Under the pieces are notes generated by a model. The model saw only the letters and a list, made by a program, of their open reading frames with translations. It was not told where the DNA came from and did not search any database. Source: Patella caerulea (taxonomy: Eukaryota). Taken from it: DNA of 64,000 bases. Position numbers and translations under genes: made by a program. The first letter of the stretch is position 1, and each line of letters begins with the position of its first letter. Of the stretch, positions 10,896 to 23,389 are shown piece by piece. The DNA is taken from the NCBI GenBank assembly GCA_036850965.1, contig JAZGQO010000009.1:289610-353609 (forward strand). The letters are read 5' to 3'.

Positions 10896-11589
10896 ATCTT
10901 ATCTCCCATAATGTATCTTTAATAAGAGAAAAAAAATATTTCGAAATTAACATTCTATTTTTCTGTACTGTACATGTCCCTAGAATGGGCTTGTAATAAT
11001 ATATTTATGAATAGCCTCAAAGATGCCTTCCAACACACAAACTGTGTGATTTGATTATGTATTTGGACGAAAAACATACTTAACACACTAATCTCCCAAT
11101 TATTTTAACTGATTACTCAATTTGTTTTCACCAGATTAGTTATCTCTAAACCTTTGTCATTGTGACTGGATTTCAAAGGTCAAAAATTATGCAACAGTTA
11201 CACGGTATTATACATTTGTATAATCTGTAGTAAGTTAAACTGCTTCAAACCAAGAGATAGCATGCACAGCCTCAGGGGCAATGTTACTGTTAGTAGGACA
11301 TCAAAATGTCAAAAGGGTCATACCTGTGCATGTATGTACCATATTTGATTTTACCTTTTTAATATTTCATTATCTGTGTAATTATTCTGAAAATAGCAAA
11401 TGGGTCTAATCTTTTTGACTCATCCTCTCAAACAGGCACATATAAAATGAGATTGTTTCTTTGATTTTCAGGCAATATACTTATAGTAACACACGTCTAT
11501 AAATTATTTTTATATGCCCACATTAAATGCCCGTTTATGGGCATTATGGGAGATTAGTTGACAGTTCTTGCTATAATAGTTTTTAAAAA

Positions 11590-11905
11590 AGATACCGTAA
11601 ATAGAATATACTCCACTCTGAACCGAGATATTAGCGATTGAATTTTAGGCCTAGCCGCAATTATCATTACTTATCAGTATGATAAAATGATAAAAGCAAA
11701 GTCTCAATTATCCATTTTTTCGTTTAATTATAATTTATTTTTCAAAAAATGTTTTCTATTCTGCTAAATATTGCAGGCTGAGGATGGCATTGAGAATTGA
11801 TTATGGTCTGGATAAGTTAATGTCTGATAATTTAGATAATATTTCAGGCCTAAAGAAACACCTGATATAGGCAAATTTAGCTCTTGCATAATGTATGCTT
11901 AAGTA
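11590..11905 (+). mobile_element. Repeat family D copy
   Basis: ..actccactctgaaccgagatattagcgattgaatttt...ttatccatttttt...aatattgcaggctgaggatggcattgagaattgattatggtctggataagttaatgtctgataatttagataat...ttagctcttgcataatgtatgc. Confidence 0.7.
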
Positions 11906-12384
11906 CTGTCACAGATATGACTCTTGCTCAATTATAAGAATTCTGGGGAAACTTGATTGAACATTCCAAAATTGAATTTTCTCAATCCCAAGAAGAGTGA
12001 CAATAATTAAAGCATGATGTGACTGCGTAAGAAAATATCTCAACAAAACATGACAGCTCAATTTTGCATCCCCATTGTGGTTGTTCTAGACTCTAGAGAC
12101 AAGATATTTATTTATGTAGTGTTTCTGTTCATTAGCAGAAAATACCTAAAAATGTTCAGACATTTGCAACAAGCCAATTACAAAGAGCCTTACATGGTTA
12201 TAAGAATTATTTCTGATGATTGCTTTTTCCCCTTGATGAAATAGGCCTTTTATATGCCCACAAGTCTTGTAAATGCTCTCATTACCTACAATGAAAAATT
12301 GCACACTTTATGACATCACAGATGACACCACTGCTGTACGCATGTTTCATTACCTGGCAATCTATTTTTCTCTTTGTTTTTCAG

Positions 12385-12434
12385 TGTATGGTTCATTCGA
12401 TGATATTCCTGCAAGAGCATTTTATAACATACAG
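12385..12434 (+). CDS. STARD7: STARD7-like exon 3
   Basis: Acceptor is tttgtttttcag|TGTATGG and donor is ATACAG|GTAAAAG. It encodes VYGSFDDIPARAFYNIQ. Human has VFGTYTDVTPRQFFNVQ. Confidence 0.9.
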
Positions 12435-12930
12435 GTAAAAGTTAAAAAAATTCTATTTTTAGTATAACAATACACATATTATTATATCAAGCATGTTTGA
12501 TTGTTGAGGATTTTCCAGTTATACAAGAAGGTAGAAGGAAAATTTGTTTAACAGTTTAATTTCTAGACTATAGCCAATATTTGAAGTTATAAATATGTAA
12601 AAAAAAAGAAAAAAAAAAATTCTGATCATTCAATTTAGTTATTGCCCCTTGACACTTTTGCTCTTTAATGCAATCCCTTTGAATACATTCAGAGGATTTT
12701 GTTTAAAAATGTCACATGTTCAAATGTAACTGAATCCAGTTTTATTGTGCTGGTGTACTTAAATTTAATGATGTGTACAACTCTTTTTTAAATTTATCTG
12801 ATATGGCAATTACTTAAGCAGATATTGTTCCTACTTGTAGTATTTACATTTGACAAGTAGGCATTTATAAAATGGATAGAGAATCATATTATATTATAAT
12901 TTATGCTTGTCATATTTATTGTAATTTCAG

Positions 12931-13041
12931 ATTGATCTCGAGTTTTGGCAGTCATGGGAGAAAATGGCTTTAGATATAAATATTATTGATAAACATAAAG
13001 AAACTGGATCTGAAATAGTTCACTGGTTAACTAAGTTTCCT
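12931..13041 (+). CDS. STARD7: STARD7-like exon 4
   Basis: Acceptor is gtaatttcag|ATTGATC and donor is TTTCCT|GTAAGTAC. It encodes IDLEFWQSWEKMALDINIIDKHKETGSEIVHWLTKFP. Human has LDTEYRKKWDALVIKLEVIERDVVSGSEVLHWVTHFP. Confidence 0.9.
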
Positions 13042-13436
13042 GTAAGTACATTTCTGTCAATTGCATTCAGATGTATATAGTATTCTCTCAAGGAAGAATG
13101 CGTGGTCTGAGGAGACCAATTTATTTGTAGTTATGTCCCTGTAATAACTGTACAATGTCTTCCTAGATCCAGTGGACTCTGATAATGTCAAAGGGGGTAA
13201 CCGTATTTCGCAAGGGTGACAAGGCTTTCTAATGACCCATTTCTGGCCTCTTTATGATCATAATTAAAAATGTGGGATGGGCAAAATTTTAAAACAGAAT
13301 CCCTGCATTAAGTCTGTTATATAGTAAAAAATACTGAAAATGATTTTGGACAGATGTGTTGAGGTATGATATTTATTAAATCAACATACATATTATTGTA
13401 GATAATAATCTATATTTTGAAATTTATATTTTACAG

Positions 13437-13481
13437 TATCCAATGTATTCAAGGGAATATCTTTATGTTAGAAGATACAAG
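13437..13481 (+). CDS. STARD7: STARD7-like exon 5
   Basis: Acceptor is attttacag|TATCCA and donor is TACAAG|GTATTAT. It encodes YPMYSREYLYVRRYK. Human has YPMYSRDYVYVRRYS. Confidence 0.9.
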
Positions 13482-14139
13482 GTATTATATTTTTTTAGAC
13501 AGTCAGAACCAATCATTTACATTTTCGCATTCTTCTTCAGAACTACTTCCAGTTGGTTTCTAACTCAAAACGCAAAATTGTTTCTCAGTCAGTTTGAGAT
13601 TCACAGTTTATAACAAATAAACAGGTTCATCATACAGATGACGCTGAATTTGATTTTATTTTGTTAAAGATGCTTTATGTTTGATTTAGATAATGAGCAG
13701 GCCATACTTGCTATAATGGTTTAAATTTATATAATATAAAATGAATATATTGAAAATACAAGTGTTTGAAGTCTTGATTGCCAAGTAGAAATGTACATTT
13801 ACATGCTAATAATAATGAAGTCTTGTATCCATTTTATTGTTAAATGATTAAAGCTTTATGGGTCTAGTGAGTTGATTATAGGCTTGTCTTGTAAATATAA
13901 TTTATAAATGTTATATTAATAATTCATATAAAATTTAAAACTACAAAAAAGACCTTAAACTGACAGTTAGCTCTTACATAATGTATCTTTCATCAAATGT
14001 TTTATAATCTTTTTGAGTATTGTTTGCCCAGAATATTAAGCATATTATCCGAAAAATTCACAAGATGGTCGGTGATTGTAAGTTACAAATATTTTGTGCT
14101 ACAAATAATTAATTTGCACTATTGTTATGTTAATTGTAG

Positions 14140-14277
14140 GAGTATAATGATCGTAATGTAATGGTGGTATCTGGTAAAGCTATTGAACATCCTGATATAC
14201 CTATAACAGATCAGTATGTCCGAGTTAAAGAATATGTCTCACAATTTGTCATTAAACCCCATACCAACTTTGATGAT
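14140..14277 (+). CDS. STARD7: STARD7-like exon 6
   Basis: Acceptor is taattgtag|GAGTATAATG and donor is GATGAT|GTAAGTAT. It encodes EYNDRNVMVVSGKAIEHPDIPITDQYVRVKEYVSQFVIKPHTNFDD. Human has VDQENNMMVLVSRAVEHPSVPESPEFVRVRSYESQMVIRPHKSFDE. Confidence 0.9.
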
Positions 14278-14599
14278 GTAAGTATATATTCCCTTCGATT
14301 GATATTTGTTGTTTATTTCTTGCCCACAGATTTATCTTGTCGGTTTTGTATTGTGTGTTGTGTGGTCCTCTTGCACCTACTACTGTATATGGCTCCCTAA
14401 GGCACTGGCTCAATCTCCAGATAAGCCGAGAAGGTTCCTCATACCTTTCCAGAATTATTTCTGGATGTCAGTGGCGTAGCTATTCGGATGGGATAAAACG
14501 CCATGTGTTCACAAATATCCCTCAAACAGCAAATGAATTACTGCATCTATTAAATATGACTGATCTGACTGATGTATATATATTTTGTTTTTTTTCTAG

Positions 14600-14684
14600 A
14601 ATGGTTTTGACTATATTTTAACGTATTTCGATGATCCTCAATCAGCTTTTCCTTCATTTTGTTACAACTGGCTGGCATCTTCAG
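14600..14684 (+). CDS. STARD7: STARD7-like exon 7
   Basis: Acceptor is tttttttctag|AATGGTTTTG and donor is TCTTCAG|GTATTAT. It encodes NGFDYILTYFDDPQSAFPSFCYNWLASS. Human has NGFDYLLTYSDNPQTVFPRYCVSWMVSS. Confidence 0.9.
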
Positions 14685-14740
14685 GTATTATTACATCTGT
14701 TTTATTTACATTGAATCTCCTCTCGCAATGTCCTTGTCAT

Positions 14741-15121
14741 GTGAAGGGGGTCACGGTGGCTATGTGGATAAGGCGCTGGTTCGCTAGCCTGGAGGCCGGG
14801 TGTTCGATCCCTGCATTGGCCGAGAAAGTTCATCTAGATTTTCCGGCGTGATTTCCCCTTGTCAGTGATAAAAAAGGAGGGCCTGACAAATGCCTAGTCT
14901 TTCGGATGGGACGAAAAACCGAGTTCCCGTGTACACATGGGAGTGCACATAAAAGATCCCTTGGCAGTTGGATTTCAATATAAGAGTAGGCCATAGCGCC
15001 GCTGCCTGGGCAAAATTTTCCTCATAGCACACTGTATGGCGTAATCCCGTCTTCCATTAGCCCAGGTTAGGTGCAAAAGAGTAGGACGTTAAACCCCATT
15101 TCATTTCATTTCATTTCATTT
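14741..15121 (+). mobile_element. SINE family B full-length copy in STARD7 intron 7
   Basis: tRNA-like head gggggtcacggtggctatgtggataaggcgctggttcgctagcctggaggccgggtgttcgatccc, a long body, and a tail of ggacgttaaaccccatttcatttcatttcatttcatttg. Confidence 0.85.
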
Positions 15122-15174
15122 GTCGTGTGAAAAACATGTTCCTAAAGCAACCTATGGCAATGTTTGCAACATCT

Positions 15175-15545
15175 AACCGTTGATTCAATACTCAGCAATT
15201 CCTGAACTCTGCGCCTGTTGTTTTTACAGTGGCTAATTAGCATTGTCCAATGGTGCATAACACACTATAAACAATCAGGGTTTTTTAAATTGAGAAACTC
15301 GTGGAAAAACAGCAACCTTGACATTGATCGATCTTGGAACATTGCAACTCGATTGTCACATGTAGGCATTTTAGCTAAAAGCACGAGACTTGGTATTCAC
15401 GACGACAGATGAATCTGTATGGTTCCCAAGCTGGGCTTGTGCCAGTCAAACTTAGGGGCGAAATATACAGGTTATTACGTGAAGGGTTTGATAAGATGTA
15501 TGTAGTTAAGGCAAGATCAAGCCTACTATTGATGATGTGTGAAAA
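15175..15545 (+). repeat. Repeat family E copy (second copy at 45255-45990 carries a roughly 430-bp internal insertion)
   Basis: Shared blocks: actcagcaattcc.gaact.tgcg..ctaattagcattgtccaat...aaccttgacattgatcgatctt.gaac.ttgcaactcgattgtcacatgtaggcattttagctaaa..gacttggtattcacg.cgac..atgaatct. Confidence 0.7.
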
Positions 15546-15916
15546 GAGGCTATCCCTGTTTATTTTCCTTAGCCATGACAATTAACAAGTATGAGAGTGG
15601 GGTGGGGGTTGAGGTCTGCTGTTAGTCATACAAATGAACAAATTAACCTAACTGAATGATTTCGATAGTAAAATTTTAAAAGTCCTTGCATGGTGTGATT
15701 TTGTGTTGTGGGACCTTAAGACGAAAAAAAACAGAAATAAAATGGAACAGATATACAGTATACAGTACAGAGTGTTACAACCGTCATGTATTAAATTGAA
15801 AAGAATGGCAAATTAAAAATTAAAACCCTCCAAAAAGCAGTCTATGTAAATCAGCACAACTCCTGTAGCACAATTTCAATCAAAAACTGAAGCTAATAAA
15901 TTTCTTTCCTTTTTAG

Positions 15917-16065
15917 GTGTTCCTGAATTTGTAAACAATCTCCATAAAGCTGCCAAAGCTATGGATGAGAAAATGAAGAAAGGTTACAAGCCAAAATGTG
16001 TTGCAAACAGTCCAGAGAAAAAAAAACTTAATAATGATAATACCCCGGTTTCTAATTATGCATAA
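15917..16065 (+). CDS. STARD7: STARD7-like exon 8 (last; TAA stop at 16063-16065)
   Basis: Acceptor is tttcctttttag|GTGTTCC. It encodes GVPEFVNNLHKAAKAMDEKMKKGYKPKCVANSPEKKKLNNDNTPVSNYA*. Human has GMPDFLEKLHMATLKAKNMEIKVKDY. Across all 8 exons the phases are consistent and the total is 1170 nt, giving 389 aa. Confidence 0.85.
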
Positions 16066-16959
16066 ATTGTTACTAAGTCATTGAAAAAAAAATATTCTGG
16101 GTCTCGGCAGCAATTTCCCCTGGTTACAGGAACTAGATACAAACAATTTTGAATACAACCGATAGTTATCGAGTATGCAACACTGATAATTGCTGTTGAC
16201 AGTCATAAATGATACTGGATAATCATACATTACTACGACATCATGAGATAAATGGGGTGCCTTGAAATATGTCATTTACCCACGTCATTTGACCTCCATC
16301 CTGCATCACATTTTTGGGAAGGATTGAGGAGAACCGGAATATTTCTTTTGTTTGGCCTGAAGTAGTTCAGCTCTGACTGTAAGGCGAATATAATGAACTG
16401 AACTAGACCTAAAGTAGATAGTGAAAGGTGTCTTGAGTGAAATATATCCTCATCATTCAGTGGTCCCACTCCCCATGAAATTATATACACCTTAATTTGG
16501 GGGTATTATCAAGGGAATATTTTTCTTCCATATTTAATAAGAATTTATTACATTAATTGAAGCAAATTATTTCTCACATACATATGTTAGTCTGTGTATC
16601 ATTTGCATTTTCTTTTCTTGAAAATATCAAATTTTCCATGATTTTAATCTTCACTAAAATGTAGCCTACTCATAATCAAATTACTTCATTCTGAGCCTTG
16701 ATATCCGCGATACAACTATAGCCTAGCCTCAATTGTCATTACTACCATTGTTATAATAATAAACATAATCTCAACCGCATCAACCACAAAACATTTTTAA
16801 ATCTACCAATATCGCAGCCATCAGATTGCATCTTGAGTTGATTATAGTCTTTATAAGTTCATTAATGACTAAAATAATTTATATAACATTTCAGACCGAA
16901 AGAAAAAGCTGCAATATTGCATAATGCATATTTAATAAAGAAAAGAAAATATAAACAGT

Positions 16960-17075
16960 AAATAATCTCCCATCTTGTATTCAATGAAAATGTCAACAAT
17001 AGATAAAATCTCCCATCTTGGATTCAATGAAAATATCAACAGTAGATATAATCTCCCATCTTCGATTCTGATTTA
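16960..17075. repeat. Minisatellite (roughly 40-bp unit x 3) in STARD7 3' UTR/downstream
   Basis: a.aatctcccatcttg.attc.atgaaaat.tcaacaatagat.. is repeated. Confidence 0.7.
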
Positions 17076-18454
17076 AAGGAGGCCCATCAAAAAACGGTGT
17101 TGGATTATATTTTCATATGAGTATGTTTGTGTAAATTTAGTTTGTTTATATAAACAGGACATTTTGTATCTAGTTGCGTATTAATTCATGCTATTAATTC
17201 ATGCTAGTAGCGTCAAAGATTTTTAAGTAAAATAATGACGCAGTCCATTAAGCTATGTCTGGATTTGAGACTTTAAAACATACTATGTATGTACAAAAAA
17301 ATACACTATCTTGCATGTGCATTTCTATGAAATGATCACGAGTTGTATAAATAAAGAATGACGTTATTTAATAACATGTTCTAGTCAAGTTGATTATCCA
17401 GGCACCAGATATTATTGAACCAAGGATAATACTGATATGAGTAACCACTGTTATACCAAGATAGATTTCGAGATATAGGGTATACAATAACTTGTTCAAT
17501 ATAATTATACACAGTATGTTGCACAACAGGATATGTGTCAGATGTTTTGTGCTAGATTAATTATATTCGCTGTATTTTATCTGTGGATTATGTTGTTAAT
17601 GCATACTTATTACAATCAGTATTCGAGTTAGAGAGGGAGATAATTTAATAGAACATTTTGAGGTGTCCATTTTGATTTTTCTTATTTGGTAGCATATTAA
17701 AAGTTCTTCTGATTCTATATATGGTCTTTGTTCTGGCATGTTCAGGCTTTAATATTTATCAGGGAAATGTTTTGAATTATATTAACATGACATATTCATA
17801 GAATTCTTCTGTCATCAAATGCTAGATCTAATCATCTAACTTTTTGCTGTAGTCATGGAGTTTTTGGACGATATCTATTTGTACATGGTTTGGTCCACAC
17901 TAAAATGTAACACAAATTGATTATTTAGCTTTTAACAAAGAAGAAAAAAACGAAATGTCAACGATAGATTTAAAAAATGAGACCCATCATCTGCTTTTCT
18001 TTGTACATACTGACCAGAACAGAACAATTTTTGGGCATTACATTTTAGAGGTTCAACTTTCATAATACGTGTATTGTAGTTTTCAAGGGATAAAAAATCC
18101 TTAAAATTTAAATGACGACCATTGGGTTAAAACTACGGTTAGATATGATGTGCTAATATATTTATAGTTCAATGTGTTAAATTTTGTTTTTTTTATTAAA
18201 ATAATGTATTGTTTTTGAGTATTGATTTGATTTATATGAATAAATTAATATAAATTATATCTTGAAATTAATTCTTAACCATTCTGCATCTACCAGCTTA
18301 ATGAAAATGGGCATACTTCAGTATAATGCCATGCAGTGTGCTGTGAAACAGATGTAACCATGGTCACAGGACTACAACTTACTCATATATAGATTTTCAA
18401 ACATTGGGGAATCTTTATGTTGGGATTTAATTGTTTTTCCATCCTATTCAAACA

Positions 18455-19095
18455 CGGGGGATCACATAGGTAAGACGCTGGCTCGCTAGCCTGGAGGTCG
18501 GGTGTTCGATCTCTACATTGGCCGAAATAGTTCATCCAGATTTTCCAACGTGGTTTCCTCTTGTCCGTGATGCAGGATGAAGGGCCTGACAAGGACAGCT
18601 GTCTAGTCGATCGGATGGGATGAAAAACAGAGGTTCCATGTACACATTGGTGTGCATGTAAAAGATCCCTTGGCAGTTGGAATTCAATATAAGAGTAGAC
18701 CGTAGCACCGCTGCCCGGACAAAATTTCCATCATAGCACACTGTATGGCGTATGCATGGCTTTATTAGGGGGGTTGGGATAGCCGAATGGTTAGCACGTG
18801 CGTGCTGTATAATAAAATCTGTCATTGAGTCAACAGGTGTTGTTTCAAATTCCCCGGTTGTACGTGACAAGGAGTAGGGTCGCATGGTCCTCCGGTTTCC
18901 TCCCACTGCTAAAGACCCCTACCCGCAGGTGAATTATTGAAATAAAAGTCACCATGTTAGTCCTGAAATGACCTAGTTTGTGTCGAGTTGACGTTTAACC
19001 CCATTTCTCTCTCTCCGTCTTCGTTAGCAGTTAGCCCTGTTTAGGAGCAAAACAGTAGAACTTTAAACTCCATTTCATTTCATTTCCATTCTAAC
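18455..19095 (+). mobile_element. SINE family B copy interrupted by a nested SINE family C copy (18776-19020)
   Basis: The family B head/body runs to 18775 (..cactgtatggcgtatgcatggctttattag). Then comes a complete family C element, ggggggttgggatagccgaatggttagcacgtgcg...gacgtttaaccccatttctctctctccgtc. The family B tail resumes with cgttagcagttagccctgtttaggagcaaaacagtagaactttaaactccatttcatttcatttcc. Confidence 0.8.
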
Positions 19096-20289
19096 ACATG
19101 CCACGACCTGTCCTGTACAACTGACCAGGGATAACTAGACTCAAAAGTCTTGATGAACGAACATCCTCAGCTAACACCAGGATCAAACCTGGTTACTCAA
19201 CTACCACCTACTCTTCAATATAATTATATGATCATATTCACAATTTGCCATTACTCAGAGATGGTCAATATAATTGTATAACTTGATCCCAAAGTAACCT
19301 ACATGTAATCAACATTACATCATTTCATTATACAAGTATAAGAATGGTCCATTATATAAATAATTTATTTTAAAACAAAATATTAACAACATAACTAGTT
19401 ATAAAGAAAACACTGATTCTATGATATAATACAATTTACCTTGTTTATTGATAAAAGAAATATTAAGTTTTATATTTATTGATATGTAAATAGAAATATT
19501 TTAGAAACAGTACATTTCAAGGCTATTAAGTATTTTCAAATACAAGGGCAATAACTCTGTGAAATATCATTATGTAGCTCTAAATTTTGTTAACATGTTC
19601 CTCATAAGGGCTAACCTAATCTCACAAACATTGATCTGAAAAGCATTTACAAGGTTTTGACAGCAATTTCAATAGGATTCCTCCTTCAATTGGCTAAACA
19701 AGCTATTGGTTTCATTGTTCTCTCGTTTGTGTAAATGTGATATACTGTACTAATATACAGTGATTTGCTGTTCTTTGCTTGAGAAAGATGTTAGAACCCT
19801 CAGACTTTGTCAAAACTTCCAGTCATATAAGAGGTAATTTATATTCCATATAATGGTGTCATGTTTATACCTTTGTTGTACCGTGGATGGTCCTTCTTTG
19901 CTTATTAAGAAAGATAAGAGGAAACATCCTCACAAATGTACATCCAAGCAACATATATTTCATATAATGTGTCATGTATCTAATTATAACCACCACTTTA
20001 AAAAACTGAAAATATTATTATATAGCGTAATATATACAGTAATATTAATATATAGATCATTAACCATTAGTAAAATATATTCTGACAATTGGTATTTTTA
20101 TAAAATAAAATAAACTGTAAATTTTAATTTCATAGATGTAAAAAAAAATGTAAAAATACAAAACTATAAGAAATATCTATAAATGTTTATGTGGTTACAA
20201 GATCTTCTGATAATTTAAAGTGTTATGATTAAAAACATGAATAACTGACATAACATTTTTATTCATAAAGGATCAAGTCTATTTAAACT

Positions 20290-20670
20290 GTTTCTTAAAA
20301 CAGCATTATGAAAGATTAGATAAAGAGCTGACAATTATCACTGTAAGAGTAAAAAATAGATAATGAGAACAGAATGTGCTGAAAATTGCTTCACTCTGAA
20401 TCGAGATATTAACGATTCAATTTTTGGTTAGCTTCGATCATCATTGGCACGATTAATAAATTAAGTCTTTATTATCCATTTTTAGGATTATTTCATCCAT
20501 CGCAAAACATATACATATCCACTAAAATATTGCAGGCTAATGATGGCATTAGGAGTTGATTATGGTCTTGATAAGTCAATCAATGTCCCATTAATAATTA
20601 AGTTAACATCAAAGATCTAAAGAAAGACCTGCAATTGGTAGATTTAATTAGCTCTTGTATAATGCAAGTT
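20290..20670 (+). mobile_element. Repeat family D, most complete copy (imperfect roughly 12-bp TIRs ataaagagctgac / cagctcttgtat)
   Basis: See the family D blocks. The ends are inverted with respect to each other. Confidence 0.6.
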
Positions 20671-21628
20671 TTAATAAGGAATATAGCACTGAACGAGGAC
20701 TCGAGCATGATGTTATTTGAGTCATCTTGGAACTATGACATAGGAAAACTCGAAGTCTGTCAATCAATGCACAAAAGTCTAAAGAAAGAGCATACGAAGG
20801 TTAATGTTGATTATCTTAAATGGAACCGTAGACTGATTTTTTAAGAGGTTTCTTCCCCCCCCACCCCCCAAAAAAACAAAATTACCAAATATATGCAACT
20901 AATTTCTGGATTAAAAATATTTACTTATAATTTAAAGTTAGCATGTGACATCAATTCTTCCTGCCAAATATTAAATATATGCCTTAATTATGTTTGACTG
21001 ATATGCATTTAATTAGTATGAGCTAATTTTACCTATTGCAGATCTTTTCCTATAATGTTATATTAATTAGTTATTTACCTGTATTTATATAACAAGCACA
21101 TAATCCACTCTTTAGACCATATGATAGTCAAGATATTAAAAGAATTAGACACCCTGCGCCATTTAGTAATTTTAAGTTAAATTTTTAATAATTTTTTAAA
21201 ACCTATTTTTGAACAATAATGACAAGAAGGACCAGCTCTTTATCTAAATATTACACAATGCATCTTTAATAGATAAATATATATTGTATATTGAAAATAT
21301 ATTTTTGTAAAAATTTAACAAATTTCTTCAATATAACTTATATATTATGCAACATATATAGACAAAAATCATATCTATTATAATTATAATATATAGACAA
21401 AAATCATGGCCACATGAAAATTTATCACAGGTAGGAAAGGGTACCAAAAAATAAATATATTTCGAAAGAAAATTACATTCCGATCAAAGAAAATATGAAA
21501 ATATAATAGTAGTAGAAAGAAAGAAATAAAAGCATCAATGATTTTTCTGTCTTCAAAAAATGTCTGTAACAGTTACATGTAATACTCCAACAGAAATAGA
21601 GGTAAGGTTTATCAACAAAAATCTTCTT

Positions 21629-21736
21629 TTAGCATTTTCCACCAATCAATCCAGTACTTGTATTGAAAAGGTTGATTGGACTATTGCCATCTGTAACTAA
21701 AACACTCTCCAATCCAATTCCTTGTAACAGTTTTAC
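21629..21736 (-). CDS. MVP: Major vault protein exon 26 (last; TAA stop at 21629-21631)
   Basis: Acceptor is ttttcacag|GTAAAACTG. It encodes [35 protein letters not shown]. Human MVP has [32 protein letters not shown]. Confidence 0.85.
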   Translation of the reverse strand, partial: VKLLQGIGLESVLVTDGNSPINLFNTSTGLIGGKC

Positions 21737-21954
21737 CTGTGAAAAACATTAGTATATAATTCTTTATATGTGGTGATCATCAAAAAAAGGAGGGAGACCT
21801 AGCTATATAGAGCGTGTCACTTCAAACTCTTGCTGGCTGTAGCTTGCAGTTCTGGTTCTGTGGGTTTTCTCTAGGTACTCTGGTGTCCCCACAGAGAAAA
21901 CCCCTATGCATGTGCTGAGCATAGTAAAATTTGACAACTTGTCTGCAATATTAC

Positions 21955-22325
21955 CCTCAGTTGAAGTTCAGCTCTGAATGTAGGTCTCATTACACTCGCC
22001 ATTACTACGTTCAGATCTCGTGCCATTCAATCATGTCTAAACTGTAATCTGTCCCAGTCAATTTTACTGGGCAACTTTTCATGGCTAAACGGTAGCTTTG
22101 TCAGTCCCTGAACAATGTAAATGAACATCTTAGTGAGAAAATAAGACCTTGCATACCTAGCTAGAACCAGTATGAATGACACAACACGCTTTTAAAAAAT
22201 ACGTCTCCGTCTGCTAGACGACATTTCCGATGCCATTGATAGGGTAACGCACGAGATCTGAACGTAGTAATGGCGTGTGTAATGAGACCTACATTCAGAG
22301 CTGGACTACCTCAGTTGAAGCAGAC
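21955..22325. mobile_element. Foldback/palindromic element (roughly 70-bp terminal inverted arms) downstream of MVP
   Basis: ctctgaatgtaggtctcattacactcgccattactacgttcagatctcgtgc at 21975 pairs with gcacgagatctgaacgtagtaatggcgtgtgtaatgagacctacattcagagctg at 22250. It is related to the element at 41531-42062. Confidence 0.75.
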
Positions 22326-22899
22326 ATTAAACACTAATAAAGGAAGTGATCATAAAATGGCTTGTTGCCATAGCAATGAACAATCATGGAAGTGTAAGAA
22401 TGGTAGTTACTGCTCCAAACTCAATTGTTTTCTTGACTAGCAATTTAAATCCATATCATGGCACAAACTTAATGTGTTTTTCCGTTTAAGAAATATATGT
22501 CAATATTGTTATCATTACAATGTACAGGTGCATAAGTTATTTAAGATAAACAGGCCAATTTTGCCAGAACAGTTGTATTTCTGTTTACTCATCATTGTAT
22601 TTTAACTGTCAGAGGGTATTTTACATGCATGCCAATGTGAACTGACCAACACATCCCTTGTCAGCACTGCAGGTGCTGCACTTGAAAAAACTAGAACTGG
22701 GGCGTTAAAATGTCCTTAACGATCTTCTCGGCCTACGTCAGGATTAAAAAACGCAAGAATCTAGTTCATAATCCTGTGTCTGAATTGTTCGACCATTGCA
22801 GCCCTTTAGCTGTAAAAATCCAATAAAACTCGAACAAATAAGATTTTTCATCAATAGATCAAATGTGTTTCAAATATCAGTAAATATTATAAACTCTAC

Positions 22900-22980
22900 C
22901 TGACTCTCTGGACCAGCTCTGGCCAAGGACTTCACAGTTTCTACACCCAATACTTGTACTTTATTATTGAAGCTTTTCAC
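22900..22980 (-). CDS. MVP: MVP exon 25
   Basis: Acceptor is ttttgtag|GTGAAAAGC and donor is GAGAGTCAG|GTAGAG. It encodes VKSFNNKVQVLGVETVKSLARAGPESQ. Human has [29 protein letters not shown]. Confidence 0.8.
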
Positions 22981-23308
22981 CTACAAAATAAATATCAAAT
23001 TGGATTAAAAGATCAATGCGCAATTACATCCAAAAATTATATCAAACATGAAATGAAACAAAATGGGATTTAATGTCCTACGTTTCTGCACCAATCGTAA
23101 TGATGAAAATTGACTCCATATGCCGTGTAGTGTGCTCAGACGTCTGGGGGGAAATTTTGCCAGGAAAAAGCAGCTGTATGATACTATTATTTTAACTCTC
23201 AATTGTCATGGGATCTCTGACATGGTGCCGATGGTATTTCTCTCGTATCTGATTCATTCAACACCTTTCTATACAAGGTACTTAAATATAATTATATAAA
23301 GTGCAAAC

Positions 23309-23389
23309 CTCAATGTCAGCAATTCTTTTACTTTTATTTAGTTCTAGTTCATTCTGCCTTCTGGCATAATCTATTTCATGTTTTCTCAA
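23309..23389 (-). CDS. MVP: MVP exon 24
   Basis: Acceptor is tttgtttcag|TTGAGAAAAC and donor is ATTGAG|GTTTGCAC. It encodes LRKHEIDYARRQNELELNKSKRIADIE. Human has [27 protein letters not shown]. Confidence 0.8.

Noticed and set aside
14741-14815. tRNA genes at SINE heads (clover-leaf-like A/B boxes in families A, B and C)
   Set aside because: These are tRNA-derived SINE promoters with degenerate acceptor stems and long non-tRNA extensions. They are not standalone tRNA genes. tRNAscan-SE would be needed to see whether any copy still scores as a pseudo-tRNA.
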